64,000 nucleotides of DNA from Myxococcota bacterium (GCA_965228475.1 OZ245817.1:788209-852208), one strand, 5' to 3'. Counted from the stretch's first letter, positions 9,369 to 18,706 are shown. Numbers and translations are program-made. Notes: a model not told the origin generated them from the letters alone.

Positions 9369-9914
9369 ATGAGTGAAAGCCCCAACCCGCGACAACGCCT
9401 GATCGTCCTGATCGTGCTCGGCGGTGCCGCCGTGCTCGGCAGCTACCTGCTGACCTTCTCGCGGCCCGACGCCGCCGCGATCCTGTGGGGCGGCGTCCCC
9501 GAGGCCTGGAAGGGCTTCTACACGACGAACATGTTCCTGGCCGCGGCGGGCTTCTTCCCGTTCACGGCGCTCCTGCTGTCCGCCGACCCGGCCCGCTTCG
9601 CGTTCGCCGGCGGCCGCAGCCACGCGACGCTCTTCTGGTGCTACTTCCTCGTGCTGATCCCGTCGGCGCTCTGGCTCCCGCTCACCTACGCCTTCGCCGA
9701 CTCCGGCGGCACCATGGCCCTCTGGTGGGCCGTCCGCATCGACCTCGCCCTCGTCGCCATCGGCTCCCTCGGCATCCTCGTTGCTGCCCTCACGCTCCGC
9801 CCGGCCCCCAACCGCCTCCTCCAGGTCGTAGCCGTCGTAGGCGCCATCTCCTTCAACGTCCAAACCGTCCTCCTAGACGCCCTCATCTGGCCCGCCTACT
9901 ACCCGCTCCCTTGA
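9369..9914 (+). CDS. Hypothetical polytopic membrane protein
   Basis: 181-aa ORF with about 5 hydrophobic helices, 26 nt downstream of frdD. I recognised no family. Confidence 0.6.
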   Translation: MSESPNPRQRLIVLIVLGGAAVLGSYLLTFSRPDAAAILWGGVPEAWKGFYTTNMFLAAAGFFPFTALLLSADPARFAFAGGRSHATLFWCYFLVLIPSALWLPLTYAFADSGGTMALWWAVRIDLALVAIGSLGILVAALTLRPAPNRLLQVVAVVGAISFNVQTVLLDALIWPAYYPLP

Positions 9915-9950
9915 ACCCCAGGACGGGGTGCGGTTCGGGTCGCCTCAACT

Positions 9951-10071
9951 CGCGGGGCGGGCCGGGGAAGGCTTCAGCGAAGTAAAGCGCAGCCCGCACT
10001 CGGATCTTCAATGGGTTCCGGTGGTCGCCAGGGCGAGCCATGAGCGGAAGCCTTCCCCGGCCTGCCCCGCG
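9951..10071. repeat. 25-bp inverted repeat (24/25 complementary) flanking a 71-nt spacer, between convergent genes
   Basis: Left arm CGCGGGGCGGGCCGGGGAAGGCTTC (9951-9975); right arm GAAGCCTTCCCCGGCCTGCCCCGCG (10047-10071). The single mismatch is G:U compatible. Confidence 0.8.
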
Positions 10072-10073
10072 CG

Positions 10074-10514
10074 CTACGAGAAGTGAGACGCGTCGAATCC
10101 CGCAAGCCGCTCGACGAACCACCGCGGCGCCTGCCCCATGAACGCATTCAAATCCCAGTAGTCCCGCCAAAGCGAAACCTTCCCCCCAACCACCTCATGC
10201 ACCGTCACGAAGTGATTCGTGATCTTCTCCCCCGTCTCGAAGTGCCAAGTCTCCGTATGCTCGACCAGCACCTGCCCCGCCTCGGCCACCGTGCGATGGA
10301 TGTCGTGCTCGAAGCGCACCACCGGATCGAGTCCGATGCGCAGCCGCTTCACCACGTTTTCCGGGCCCCGGGCACCCGCGTCCGGCGCCGGGACGTCCTC
10401 GTAGAAGGCGTCGTCCGAGAGCCGCGCCTTCAGCCCATCCCAATCCTTGCGGTAGAGGCAGGCCCAGAGTTCCGCTACCACGCGCTTGTCGTCTTCGATG
10501 GCCATGGCGTCCAT
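10074..10514 (-). CDS. NTF2-superfamily protein, limonene-1,2-epoxide hydrolase/SnoaL-like
   Basis: 146 aa. The length and pattern (VVAELWACLYRKDWDGL...HTETWHFETGEKI...VHEVVGGKVSLWRDYWD) are typical of the LEH/SnoaL fold. Confidence 0.6.
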   Translation of the reverse strand: MDAMAIEDDKRVVAELWACLYRKDWDGLKARLSDDAFYEDVPAPDAGARGPENVVKRLRIGLDPVVRFEHDIHRTVAEAGQVLVEHTETWHFETGEKITNHFVTVHEVVGGKVSLWRDYWDLNAFMGQAPRWFVERLAGFDASHFS

Positions 10515-10544
10515 GATACGCTCGGGTCTCGCCTCGGAGGACCC

Positions 10545-10925
10545 ATGACGCGCCCCTTCCTCGGTTTCTTCGGCCTGATGTTCGTGGTCTATGGGATCTA
10601 CTGCTTCTTCTCCCCGGGCGCGCTCGCGGAGATCGCCGGCATCGCTTCGGCGACGCCCACCGGCAGTACGGAGCTGCGGGCCATGTACGGCGGCCTCCAG
10701 GCCGGCGCCGGCGCCCTGCTGCTCGCCGGTTTCCTCCGCGCCGATCTCGCGCGGCCCGCGCTGCTCGCCCTCGGCTTCCTCGGCATCGGTCTCTTCTCCG
10801 GCCGGCTGCTCGGCGCGGTGCTCGACGACGGCTGGTCGGCCTACACCGGCATGGCCTTCGCGCTCGAGTTCGCGATGTTCGCCGGCTCCTTCGCGCTGCT
10901 TCGCGGCGTGGAATCCGAGGGCTGA
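10545..10925 (+). CDS. Small 4-TM membrane protein (DUF4345-like)
   Basis: ATG at 10545. 126 aa and Gly/Ala-rich, with helices such as FGLMFVVYGIYCFFSP...ELRAMYGGLQAG. Confidence 0.55.
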   Translation: MTRPFLGFFGLMFVVYGIYCFFSPGALAEIAGIASATPTGSTELRAMYGGLQAGAGALLLAGFLRADLARPALLALGFLGIGLFSGRLLGAVLDDGWSAYTGMAFALEFAMFAGSFALLRGVESEG

Positions 10926-11518
10926 TGGCCGCCACGCTCGAGTTCTGGTTCGAATTCGCCAGCACGTACTCGTACCCGGCGGCGATGCGCGTGGAAGCGG
11001 CCGCCCGCGATCGCGGCGTCCCCCTGGCCTGGCGGCCCTTCCTGCTCGGGCCGATCTTCAAGGCCCAGGGTTGGAACGATTCCCCCTTCAACCTCTACCC
11101 GGCCAAGGGCCGCTACATGTGGCGGGACCTCGAGCGGGTCTGCGAGGCGCAGGGTCTGCCCCTGCGTCGGCCCTCGGACTTTCCGCGCAACGGCCTCCAC
11201 GCCGCACGCGTCGCCCATCGGCACCAGGACGAAGCCTGGCTCCCGGGTTTCGTCCGCGCCGTCTACCGGGCGAACTTCGCCGAAGACCGGGACCCGGCCG
11301 ATCCGGCCGTTCTCGCCGCGATCCTCTCGGACCTCGGACAGCCCGCGGAGGCGGTGCTGGCCGCCGCCGCCGAGCCCGCGGCGAAGGCGGGGCTCCGGGA
11401 ACAGACGGAGCGGGCGGCCGAGGCGGGGCTGTTCGGCGCTCCGAGCTTCCGGGTCGACGGGGAGCTCTTCTGGGGAAACGACCGTTTGGAGATGGCGCTC
11501 GAGCGCGCCGCGGCATGA
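10925..11518 (+). CDS. 2-hydroxychromene-2-carboxylate isomerase family (DsbA-like) protein
   Basis: The start overlaps the upstream stop (TGATG). The N-terminus LEFWFEFASTYSYPA and C-terminus GLFGAPSFRVDGELFWGNDRLE are typical of the family. Confidence 0.7.
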   Translation: MAATLEFWFEFASTYSYPAAMRVEAAARDRGVPLAWRPFLLGPIFKAQGWNDSPFNLYPAKGRYMWRDLERVCEAQGLPLRRPSDFPRNGLHAARVAHRHQDEAWLPGFVRAVYRANFAEDRDPADPAVLAAILSDLGQPAEAVLAAAAEPAAKAGLREQTERAAEAGLFGAPSFRVDGELFWGNDRLEMALERAAA

Positions 11519-11558
11519 ACACGAGACACGGGCTCTACACACGGACAAGGAGATCGAG

Positions 11559-11939
11559 ATGGCTTTCTTGATGGACCGCTTCGCCCCCCAGACCTATGCG
11601 GCCCTGCGCATCGTGACGGGTCTGCTCTTCCTGTGGCACGGCACGCAGAAGCTCTTCGGCTTCCCCGCGGCCGCCCACGAAGGGACGCCGGCCTTCGTCA
11701 CCTACGTGGCGGGCGGCATCGAGCTCGTCGGCGGCGCGCTCGTGATGATCGGCCTGCAGACCAAGCCGGCGGCCTTCCTGTGCAGCGGGCTCATGGCCGC
11801 GGCCTACTGGATGGCCCACGGCACGAAGGCCCTCTTCCCGATCAACAACGGGGGCGAGCTGGCCGCGCTCTACTGCTTCGTCTTCCTGTTCATCGCCTCC
11901 CGCGGTGCCGGGATCTGGAGCGTCGACGGCGAGGGCTGA
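11559..11939 (+). CDS. DoxX family membrane protein
   Basis: 126 aa. LRIVTGLLFLWHGTQKLFG...GGIELVGGALVMIGLQTK is a DoxX signature. Confidence 0.7.
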   Translation: MAFLMDRFAPQTYAALRIVTGLLFLWHGTQKLFGFPAAAHEGTPAFVTYVAGGIELVGGALVMIGLQTKPAAFLCSGLMAAAYWMAHGTKALFPINNGGELAALYCFVFLFIASRGAGIWSVDGEG

Positions 11940-11996
11940 GCCCGGCCGGAAGACCCGGGCTTCAGTCGGGAGGGGAACACGCCGATCCCCCTCCCG

Positions 11997-12461
11997 ATGA
12001 AGCTCGAAGAATTCGAGATGCGCGAGCGGCTCGCGGCCGAGGACCTGGCGTGGCACCCGGTGTGGGCACCGTTCCGCGCCGGAGACCGGGCCCGGGTGCT
12101 CGGTTGGGGCGTCGCCCCCGAGCGGCTCGATGCCGAGCTCGAGCGCTACGCCTACTGCGGGCCCGACCCGCTCTTCCCGGTCCTCGAGTCCGAGGCCATG
12201 CCGGGCCGGGCGGATCTCGTCGTGGCCGGGAGTCTCCAATTCTCGGGGGGCGCGGTGCTTTCCTCGGCCTACCGGATCGCGCCGCACGTGGTCGGACTCT
12301 TCGTGAAGGGGCGCGAGTGGGTTTTCAACCGGTTCCTGCCGGAGCGCGCCGAGCGCGCCGGGCGTGAGCTGGCCGCAGCGCTCGGCCTCCCGACCGATGC
12401 GATCTTCCCGATGCACTTCCGCGGGCGCCTGCCCGGCTTCGACGCCCGCTTCGAGCGCTAG
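11997..12461 (+). CDS. Hypothetical protein
   Basis: 154-aa ORF with coding-like composition. I recognised no motif. Confidence 0.45.
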   Translation: MKLEEFEMRERLAAEDLAWHPVWAPFRAGDRARVLGWGVAPERLDAELERYAYCGPDPLFPVLESEAMPGRADLVVAGSLQFSGGAVLSSAYRIAPHVVGLFVKGREWVFNRFLPERAERAGRELAAALGLPTDAIFPMHFRGRLPGFDARFER

Positions 12462-12474
12462 CCAGCGCCGCCCG

Positions 12475-13002
12475 CTAGCGCGGGCTCCAGCCCGTGGCGT
12501 GGGGTGCCATGAAGACCACGCCGAGCTTCATGCGGGTGTGGAGCCACCGGCCGTCTTCCCGGCGGTAGGTGTCGTCTTCGGTCCCGGCCATCCAATGCGG
12601 GGCGCCGTCGGGCGTCGTGCAGGGCGAGAGGATGTCCCAGCGCGCTTCCGCGTGGTCGCCCTCGATGCGGAGCTCGGGCTTCAGGAAGTAGTGCCAGGAG
12701 AAGAGCAGCGTCGGGTCGAGGAAGCGCTCGCGGATGGCCGCGCGGCCGCGGCAGGTGCCGAGGCTGCGGCCGCCGTCCCAGACCGCGTCCTCGGTGAAGA
12801 GTGCCGCGATCTCTCCGGCGAGGCGTTCGAGCTCCGGGGCGTCGACCACGCCGCCGCCGCGGCGGTAGCGGGCGTCGACGAGCCGCGCGTAGCGGGCCTT
12901 CAGGTTGCGGATGTCCTCCGCAGCCTCGAGCGCTGCGATGCGCCGCTCGAGCGCATCGAGCGCCGTGCGTTCGAGGCCTTCGGGTTCGGACGGGTCCGGC
13001 AT
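12475..13002 (-). CDS. SnoaL-like / NTF2-fold protein
   Basis: 175 aa. An N-terminal helix (IRNLKARYARLVD) followed by a cone-like beta region is typical of the SnoaL_4 type. Confidence 0.5.
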   Translation of the reverse strand: MPDPSEPEGLERTALDALERRIAALEAAEDIRNLKARYARLVDARYRRGGGVVDAPELERLAGEIAALFTEDAVWDGGRSLGTCRGRAAIRERFLDPTLLFSWHYFLKPELRIEGDHAEARWDILSPCTTPDGAPHWMAGTEDDTYRREDGRWLHTRMKLGVVFMAPHATGWSPR

Positions 13003-13037
13003 TTCGCGCCGCAGTATACCGTTGCTAGGGTGGCGCG

Positions 13038-13481
13038 ATGAGCCGACGAAGAACCCCGACCCGCTGGGCCGCGCTCGCGGCGCTGGTGCTCGCCGCTGCC
13101 TACGGCCTCCTGGACGTCCCGCTCTCGGAGCTCACCGGCGGCTCGAGCGGGGCGCAGGCCGTGGCGGCGCTGTACGAGACGCGCACCTCGGGCGAGATGG
13201 TCGAGGTGGAAGGCACCGTCGAGAAGCGCCTCTCCGACGATCTGAAAGGCTCGCGCCATCAGCGGTTCATCCTCCGCCTGGCTCCCGGGATGACCGTACT
13301 CGTCAGCCACAACATCGACCTCGCGCCGCGCATCGACGCCCTGCGAGACGGCGACCGCGTCTTCCTCCGCGGGCAGTACGAGTGGAACGAGAAGGGTGGC
13401 GTGATCCACTGGACCCACCACGACCCGGACGGCCGGCGCACCGGCGGCTACATCGAGCACGAGGGCCGGGCGTACCGCTAG
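13038..13481 (+). CDS. DUF3465 family secreted protein
   Basis: Has a signal/anchor sequence. GSRHQRFILRL...VLVSHNIDLAPRI...GQYEWNEKGGVIHWTHHDP matches the DUF3465 pattern. Confidence 0.65.
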   Translation: MSRRRTPTRWAALAALVLAAAYGLLDVPLSELTGGSSGAQAVAALYETRTSGEMVEVEGTVEKRLSDDLKGSRHQRFILRLAPGMTVLVSHNIDLAPRIDALRDGDRVFLRGQYEWNEKGGVIHWTHHDPDGRRTGGYIEHEGRAYR

Positions 13482-13579
13482 GCGCGGCTCACGCGCATGC
13501 AACGCGCACGCAACCTCCGTGGAACCGCCGAGGGCGGGCACCCTCAAGTGGCCTCGGCGGCAGGCCGATCGAGCTAGCG

Positions 13580-14167
13580 ATGAGCGAGTCCGTCAAAGGA
13601 ATCTTCCTGGCCGGCGCCGTCTCGACGGTGCGCAAGGCCATCCGCGAGGGCCGCGCCCTGCGGGAGCAGGTCGAGGCGCGCCTCGACGGCCCGGACCTGC
13701 CGTTCCTCGAAGAGAAGGTCGACCCGACGCTCTGGTACCCGGTCACGACCCTCGGCCACTACCTCGACGTGCTCGCCGATCTCGAAGGCGGCGACCCGAG
13801 GCAGGCCTTGATCAACATCGGACGGCGCGCGGCGGACATGGCCGCGCGGACGGGCCGCTATCAGCAGCTCTCGCGGGAGCGGACCATCGGCGAGAGCCCG
13901 AGCGACGTGCTCCGCTACGGACGCCTCGTCACCAGCGTGATCACCGCCTTCTACGACTTCAGCCGGATGAGCTTCGGCCCCCACCCGACGGAGCCGAACA
14001 CGTTTCAGATCCAGTGGCTCGACGTCGCGGACCTGCCGGAATCGAACCGCTTCTGCGCGGAGGGGTTCATCGACCGGGTGGCGCACCACGCTTCCGAGAG
14101 CCGCTTCGAGGTGACGAGCGCCCGCCCGTCGCCCGACCACATCCAGTTCTCGATCCGGGCCTACTGA
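13580..14167 (+). CDS. Hypothetical protein
   Basis: ATG at 13580 within a longer GC-shadow frame. 195 aa, no recognised motif. Confidence 0.45.
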   Translation: MSESVKGIFLAGAVSTVRKAIREGRALREQVEARLDGPDLPFLEEKVDPTLWYPVTTLGHYLDVLADLEGGDPRQALINIGRRAADMAARTGRYQQLSRERTIGESPSDVLRYGRLVTSVITAFYDFSRMSFGPHPTEPNTFQIQWLDVADLPESNRFCAEGFIDRVAHHASESRFEVTSARPSPDHIQFSIRAY

Positions 14168-14189
14168 GGCCTCCGGGCCTGCGAACGGC

Positions 14190-14232
14190 GAGAGGCCTCC
14201 GGCCGCACCCGGGTGCGGCACGAAGGCCTCTC
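14190..14232. terminator. Nested palindromic hairpin between convergent genes (possible bidirectional terminator)
   Basis: GAGAGGCCT..CCGCACCC|GGGTGCGG..AGGCCTCTC, with outer 9-bp and inner 8-bp perfect stems. Confidence 0.45.
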
Positions 14233-14249
14233 TCTTCGCAGGTCGCGCG

Positions 14250-14591
14250 CTAGTGCCTGCGGTCCCAGCGGCGGTCGAAGCGCGCACCCTTGCGGTCGAG
14301 CCGCCGGTCGATGCGCTCCCCCTTGCGATCGAGCCGCCGGTCGATGCGATCTCCCTTGCGGTCGAGCCGCTCCGAGAGGCGGGGCTTGCCCGCTTCGGCG
14401 GCACGGTTCGAAGCGCGGTCGAGACGCCGATCGATGCGGTCGCCCTTGCGGTCGAGGCGCCGTTCGATGCGATCGCCCTTGTTGTCGAGGCGCCGCTCGA
14501 CGCGGTCGCCGAAGTCGTCGGCGCGGGCCGTGCCCGTGGCGAGCACCAGGCCACCGGCGAGAGCGAAGAGAAAAGCGAAGCTACGGGTCAT
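14250..14591 (-). CDS. Small secreted Arg/Asp-rich tandem-repeat protein
   Basis: ATG at 14591 with GGAGGA upstream. The signal peptide is MTRSFAFLFALAGGLVLATGTARA. About seven 11-aa units follow (DRIERRLDRKG / DRIDRRLDRKG), encoded by imperfect 33-nt repeats. Confidence 0.65.
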   Translation of the reverse strand: MTRSFAFLFALAGGLVLATGTARADDFGDRVERRLDNKGDRIERRLDRKGDRIDRRLDRASNRAAEAGKPRLSERLDRKGDRIDRRLDRKGERIDRRLDRKGARFDRRWDRRH

Positions 14592-14721
14592 GAGGTCGTC
14601 CTCCAGGGTCGGATGGCTCGAGGCTCCCTGCCCCGATGAAGGACGAAACCCGGCGCGGCCGGTTTGGTTGCGCGGGCCCGGCGACGGCCGGCAAACCGCC
14701 GGCAACTCCCTTTGGAACCGC

Positions 14722-16212
14722 CTACTTCGCGGCCCGGTACGGCTTCGAGATGGCGACCTTCACGAGCTGACCGGCCTCGAGGGCGTCCGTGGCGAACAGG
14801 TCGTTCATGACGGCCGTGTGCTGGAGGGGCCAGGCGTTCCCCGTGCGGTCCGAGAGCTCCGGGAGCGATTCCCCGGCCCGGGCCTCGACCACCTGGAGGC
14901 GGTTCTCCCGGATGCTGCCCGCCAGCTCCCGCGAGAGGGGGCGGAAGCTCCGGGCGGTGCTGACGAAGATGGCTTCGTTGCGCTCGTGGTTCTCGCGCGA
15001 GACGCCCGTGAGGCGGTAGCGGTGCCCGCGGCTCGCGATGAAGGTCACGACGAGCCGCACGCCGGCGAACCGGTTGCTGGCGCGGCCGTGCATCCGCAGC
15101 GCTTCGAAGCCGCCCACCTTGATCGGCTGCGGGTTCTCGAAGCGGACGCCCAGCGCCTCGGTCTCCTTGCGGAACTCGTCGACGGCCTCCATGAGGTCCG
15201 AGCCCTGGCCCGCGTGTTCGAGGATCACCTGGGCGCGCCGGTCCGGGGAGACGGCCCCGACCGCCGTGTGGGTGTTCGCGGTCTCCCAGTTGTCCGGGAA
15301 GCGAAGGGTGAAGCCCAGGTCCGCGTGCAGGAAGCGTCCGCCCTGGAAGACGCCCTCGGCGCCGCTCACGCCGACGACGAGGCCTTCGATGCGGCGCAGG
15401 AAGTCTTCGCGGCTCTTCGCGACGCCCGGCTTCGGCTTCCAGGCGATGCCCCGCGCGCGCTGGGACGCGTCCGCCGCGCGGCGGCCCGCGGCGGGGTGGG
15501 TGTCGAGGAAGGAGGGCCAGCGAGACGCCCCGAGCCGCAGTCGCTCGGTGAACTCGAGCCCGCGCAGGAAGGTGGCCATGCCCTCCGGGTCGTAGCCCGC
15601 GAGGGCGGCGATGCCCTGGCCGAGGCGGTCGGCTTCGCGCTCCTGGGATCGGCTGTAGCCGGCGAGGCTCCCGCGCGAGAGGAAGCGCACGATGCCCGGC
15701 ATGGCCTGGGTCACCTGGAGGCGCGCCGCGGCGTGGCGCGCGGCGACGTGGGCGATCTCGTGCCCGATCACGTTCGCGAGCTCGTCCTCGGAGTTCGCGA
15801 GGGCGAGCAGACCGCGAGAGACGTAGATGAATCCGCCGGGCAGCGCGAACGCGTTGGGCAGATCCTGATCGACGATGCGGAAGCGGTAGTCGAAGCGGTG
15901 GCGCGGCGCGTGGCGCGCGAGCCGCTTGCCGATCGCGCTCACGTAGGCGACGAGCGGCCTGTTCTCGACGAGCCCCATGGCCGCCCCGACCTTCTCCGAT
16001 TCCTCCTCGCCGACGCGGCGATCGTCGTAGACGGTGTCGAGGACGACCTCGCGCTTCTCCTCTTCCTCCTCGGCGTCGGGCTCGGCGGCTTCTTCCCGCG
16101 ACCCCTCGGCCTTCTCGTCCTCGGCGGTCCCCAGGGCGACGGGCAAGGCCATCAGGGCCAGTGCGAGGAGAGCGAAGGCGAGGGGGCCGGTTCGGGAGGG
16201 GCGGTGCATCAC
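14722..16212 (-). CDS. M48 family zinc metalloprotease (secreted)
   Basis: Has a signal peptide, an HEIAHVAARH (HExxH) motif, and a downstream E in READRLG. Confidence 0.8.
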   Translation of the reverse strand: MMHRPSRTGPLAFALLALALMALPVALGTAEDEKAEGSREEAAEPDAEEEEEKREVVLDTVYDDRRVGEEESEKVGAAMGLVENRPLVAYVSAIGKRLARHAPRHRFDYRFRIVDQDLPNAFALPGGFIYVSRGLLALANSEDELANVIGHEIAHVAARHAAARLQVTQAMPGIVRFLSRGSLAGYSRSQEREADRLGQGIAALAGYDPEGMATFLRGLEFTERLRLGASRWPSFLDTHPAAGRRAADASQRARGIAWKPKPGVAKSREDFLRRIEGLVVGVSGAEGVFQGGRFLHADLGFTLRFPDNWETANTHTAVGAVSPDRRAQVILEHAGQGSDLMEAVDEFRKETEALGVRFENPQPIKVGGFEALRMHGRASNRFAGVRLVVTFIASRGHRYRLTGVSRENHERNEAIFVSTARSFRPLSRELAGSIRENRLQVVEARAGESLPELSDRTGNAWPLQHTAVMNDLFATDALEAGQLVKVAISKPYRAAK

Positions 16213-17480
16213 TCCGCGCCCTCTGCAGCGAGGCGCTCGAAGGCGTCCTCGGTGATGCGGATGCCCGCTTCGTCGAAGGCCTCGCGGACGGCCGGCGTCA
16301 CCGTTCCCGAGACGAGCAGTTGGGCCTGGCCCGAGGTGCTCACCGTCCCGGCGATCCGGTCCCGCAGGGCCCGCGACGCCGGCGACCAGGTCACGCGGTC
16401 CGCCACGAGCGGAACGACGAGGCCGCCTTCGTGGGTCCGCCCGACGACGAAGGTCCCCTGGCTCGAGAGCCGAGCCAGCCCCTCACGGTTCTCGTGAAAG
16501 CGCCGCAAGAGCTCCGCGCTCCGTTGGAAGCGCCAGGCCTCGGTCTCGCTCTTCGCCTGGGCCGCCGCGTCCACGAACGCGGCGCGCCCCTCGGTCAGGT
16601 CGAGGGCGACGAGGGATTCGACGAGCACGGTCGCGTGACGCGGCGAGTACCAGGCGTGGCTCAGGAAGGCGTCCGCGCGTTCGCCCCCGACGCCCATGAC
16701 CGCGAGCTCGATGCGGTTCAGGCGCCGCAGGTCTTCGGGGGAGTAGTGGCGCAGGATCTCGCGCAGCCGGTCCGTGCTGCCCACGGCGCCGGACGCCTCG
16801 CCCTCCTCCTCGCCCTGGAACGGCACGATCGCGAAAGGCAGACCCCCGAGGTAGGACGCCCAGGCGAAACGGTTCAGCTGCTTCTGGAGCAGGGGGTTCG
16901 AGGAGTACGGATCGACGCCGAGTTCGTAGGCGAGCTCCCGCTTCTTGCTCTCGAAGCCGATGAACTCGCGCAGGCCGGAGTCTTCCAGTTCGCTGCGCTC
17001 GCGCCGGGCGAGGCGTGCCGTCTTCTCGAGCGTCTCCCATGCGGCCTGGGGGACGCCGAGGATGGAATCGACCGGGTCGCGCAGCAGGTTCCAGGCGGCG
17101 ACGAAGGGGCTCTTCAACCCCGCGGCCAGGGCGTTCGCGAACTCGTCGCGCTTCTGCATGCGGTCGAGCTGTCCGAGCGCGGCGATCTCGGCGACGCGGG
17201 TGCGCAGGCGGGCGTCGCCGTGGGCTTCGAGCACGCCGAAGTCGGAGTCGATCGTGTAGTGGTGGAGGAACTCGCGGAGGCCGACCTCCTCGCGCACCCG
17301 GTGGTGCGGGCCCACGCGCAGGGCGTCGGGCAGCAGGGCTTCGGCGCGCGCCGGCGGGAGGGCCTCGAAGGACGCCTCGTCGGGCGCCGCCTCCGCCCCG
17401 GGCATCGCGCCTCCGCAACCCAGCAACGCCAGCGCGAGCACCGCGAGCGCGAAACCGAAAGCACGTCCCGTCCGGGCCAC
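16209..17480 (-). CDS. Hypothetical lipoprotein, co-transcribed with the M48 protease
   Basis: GTG at 17480 with GGAGGAG upstream. Lipobox LALLGCGG. Its stop overlaps the M48 start by 4 nt. Confidence 0.6.
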   Translation of the reverse strand: MARTGRAFGFALAVLALALLGCGGAMPGAEAAPDEASFEALPPARAEALLPDALRVGPHHRVREEVGLREFLHHYTIDSDFGVLEAHGDARLRTRVAEIAALGQLDRMQKRDEFANALAAGLKSPFVAAWNLLRDPVDSILGVPQAAWETLEKTARLARRERSELEDSGLREFIGFESKKRELAYELGVDPYSSNPLLQKQLNRFAWASYLGGLPFAIVPFQGEEEGEASGAVGSTDRLREILRHYSPEDLRRLNRIELAVMGVGGERADAFLSHAWYSPRHATVLVESLVALDLTEGRAAFVDAAAQAKSETEAWRFQRSAELLRRFHENREGLARLSSQGTFVVGRTHEGGLVVPLVADRVTWSPASRALRDRIAGTVSTSGQAQLLVSGTVTPAVREAFDEAGIRITEDAFERLAAEGAE

Positions 17481-17581
17481 CCGTTCTCCTCCTGCGAGCC
17501 GAACCGTAGGCCATCGCCCTGTCGGGGGCCCTCGCACGGCGTGCCCTTGCCCGTGCGGGGCGGTTCGTGGTACCCGAAGTC

Positions 17582-17830
17582 ATGCGAAAAACGACCTCTT
17601 GGCTCGCGGCGGCCGCGCTCGTCCTCGTCGCCTGCGGCCCGCCCAGCAAGCACGACATCCTCTCGAAGGCCGAAGGCGTCGAGACCAAGGCGGAGCTCGA
17701 AGCCGCGCTCGGGGAGCCGAGCGAGCGCAACAAGCTCGGACCGCTCGAGACCTGGACCTACCAGGCGGAGGACGGCGCCGTCACGTTCGTGATCACGGGC
17801 AACACGGTTCAGCTGAAGACCGCGGAGTAG
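17582..17830 (+). CDS. Small lipoprotein
   Basis: MRKTTSWLAAAALVLVACG contains a lipobox. 82 aa. Confidence 0.55.
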   Translation: MRKTTSWLAAAALVLVACGPPSKHDILSKAEGVETKAELEAALGEPSERNKLGPLETWTYQAEDGAVTFVITGNTVQLKTAE

Positions 17831-17839
17831 GGCGGCACC

Positions 17840-18706
17840 GTGACGCGCGCCTTCACCTGGATCCTCGTGGCCTATGCCGCGGCCCTCGCCGTCGCCGTTG
17901 CCGTCGCCCGGGCGGTGCCGACGGACGACCCGCTCTGGATCGCGCTCTGGGCGGACGTCGCGGCGACCTTCGTGATCTTCGGCTTCAGCGTCGCCTTCCG
18001 GAACTCGAGCTTCTACGACGCTTACTGGAGCGTCGTGCCGCCGGTGATCGCGGTCTATTGGATCTCGGTGGCGCAGCCCGAAGCCTCGGCCGTCCGCCAG
18101 GGGCTCGCGGCGCTGCTCGTCTTCGCCTGGGGCGCCCGCCTCACCTGGAACTGGGCCCGGGGCTGGACCGGCCTCCACCACGAAGACTGGCGCTACGTCG
18201 ACCTCCAGGAGAAGACCGGCCGGTGGTACTGGCTCGTTTCCTTCTCCGGGATCCACATGCTCCCGACGCTCTGGGTCTTCGGCGGCTGCCTGGCGCTCTA
18301 TCCGGCCCTCGCCGTCGGGGCGCGGCCGCTCGGCTGGCTCGATGCCCTCGCCGTGCTGGTGACCGCGACGGCGGTGTGGCTCGAGTTCCAGGCGGACCAG
18401 GAGCTGCGCGCCTTCCGCGACGACCCGGCCCGCCGCCCCGAAGACGTCCTCGACACCGGCCTCTGGGCCCGCTCGCGCCACCCGAACTACCTCGGCGAGA
18501 TGGGCTTCTGGTGGGGCCTGTGGCTCTTCGGCCTGGCCGCGGACCCCTCGTGGGCCTGGACGATCGTCGGGCCCCTCTCGATCACCGCCATGTTCCGCTT
18601 CGCGAGCCTGCCGATGATCGAGAACCGCATGCTCGCGCGGCGTCCCGAAACCTTCGTGGCGTATCAGAATCGAACGCCCATGGTTCTTCCCCGACCCTGG
18701 AAGTAG
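17840..18706 (+). CDS. DUF1295 / steroid 5-alpha-reductase-like membrane protein
   Basis: Polytopic membrane protein. The C-terminal SRHPNYLGEMGFWWGLWLF motif is typical of the family. Confidence 0.7.
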   Translation: MTRAFTWILVAYAAALAVAVAVARAVPTDDPLWIALWADVAATFVIFGFSVAFRNSSFYDAYWSVVPPVIAVYWISVAQPEASAVRQGLAALLVFAWGARLTWNWARGWTGLHHEDWRYVDLQEKTGRWYWLVSFSGIHMLPTLWVFGGCLALYPALAVGARPLGWLDALAVLVTATAVWLEFQADQELRAFRDDPARRPEDVLDTGLWARSRHPNYLGEMGFWWGLWLFGLAADPSWAWTIVGPLSITAMFRFASLPMIENRMLARRPETFVAYQNRTPMVLPRPWK

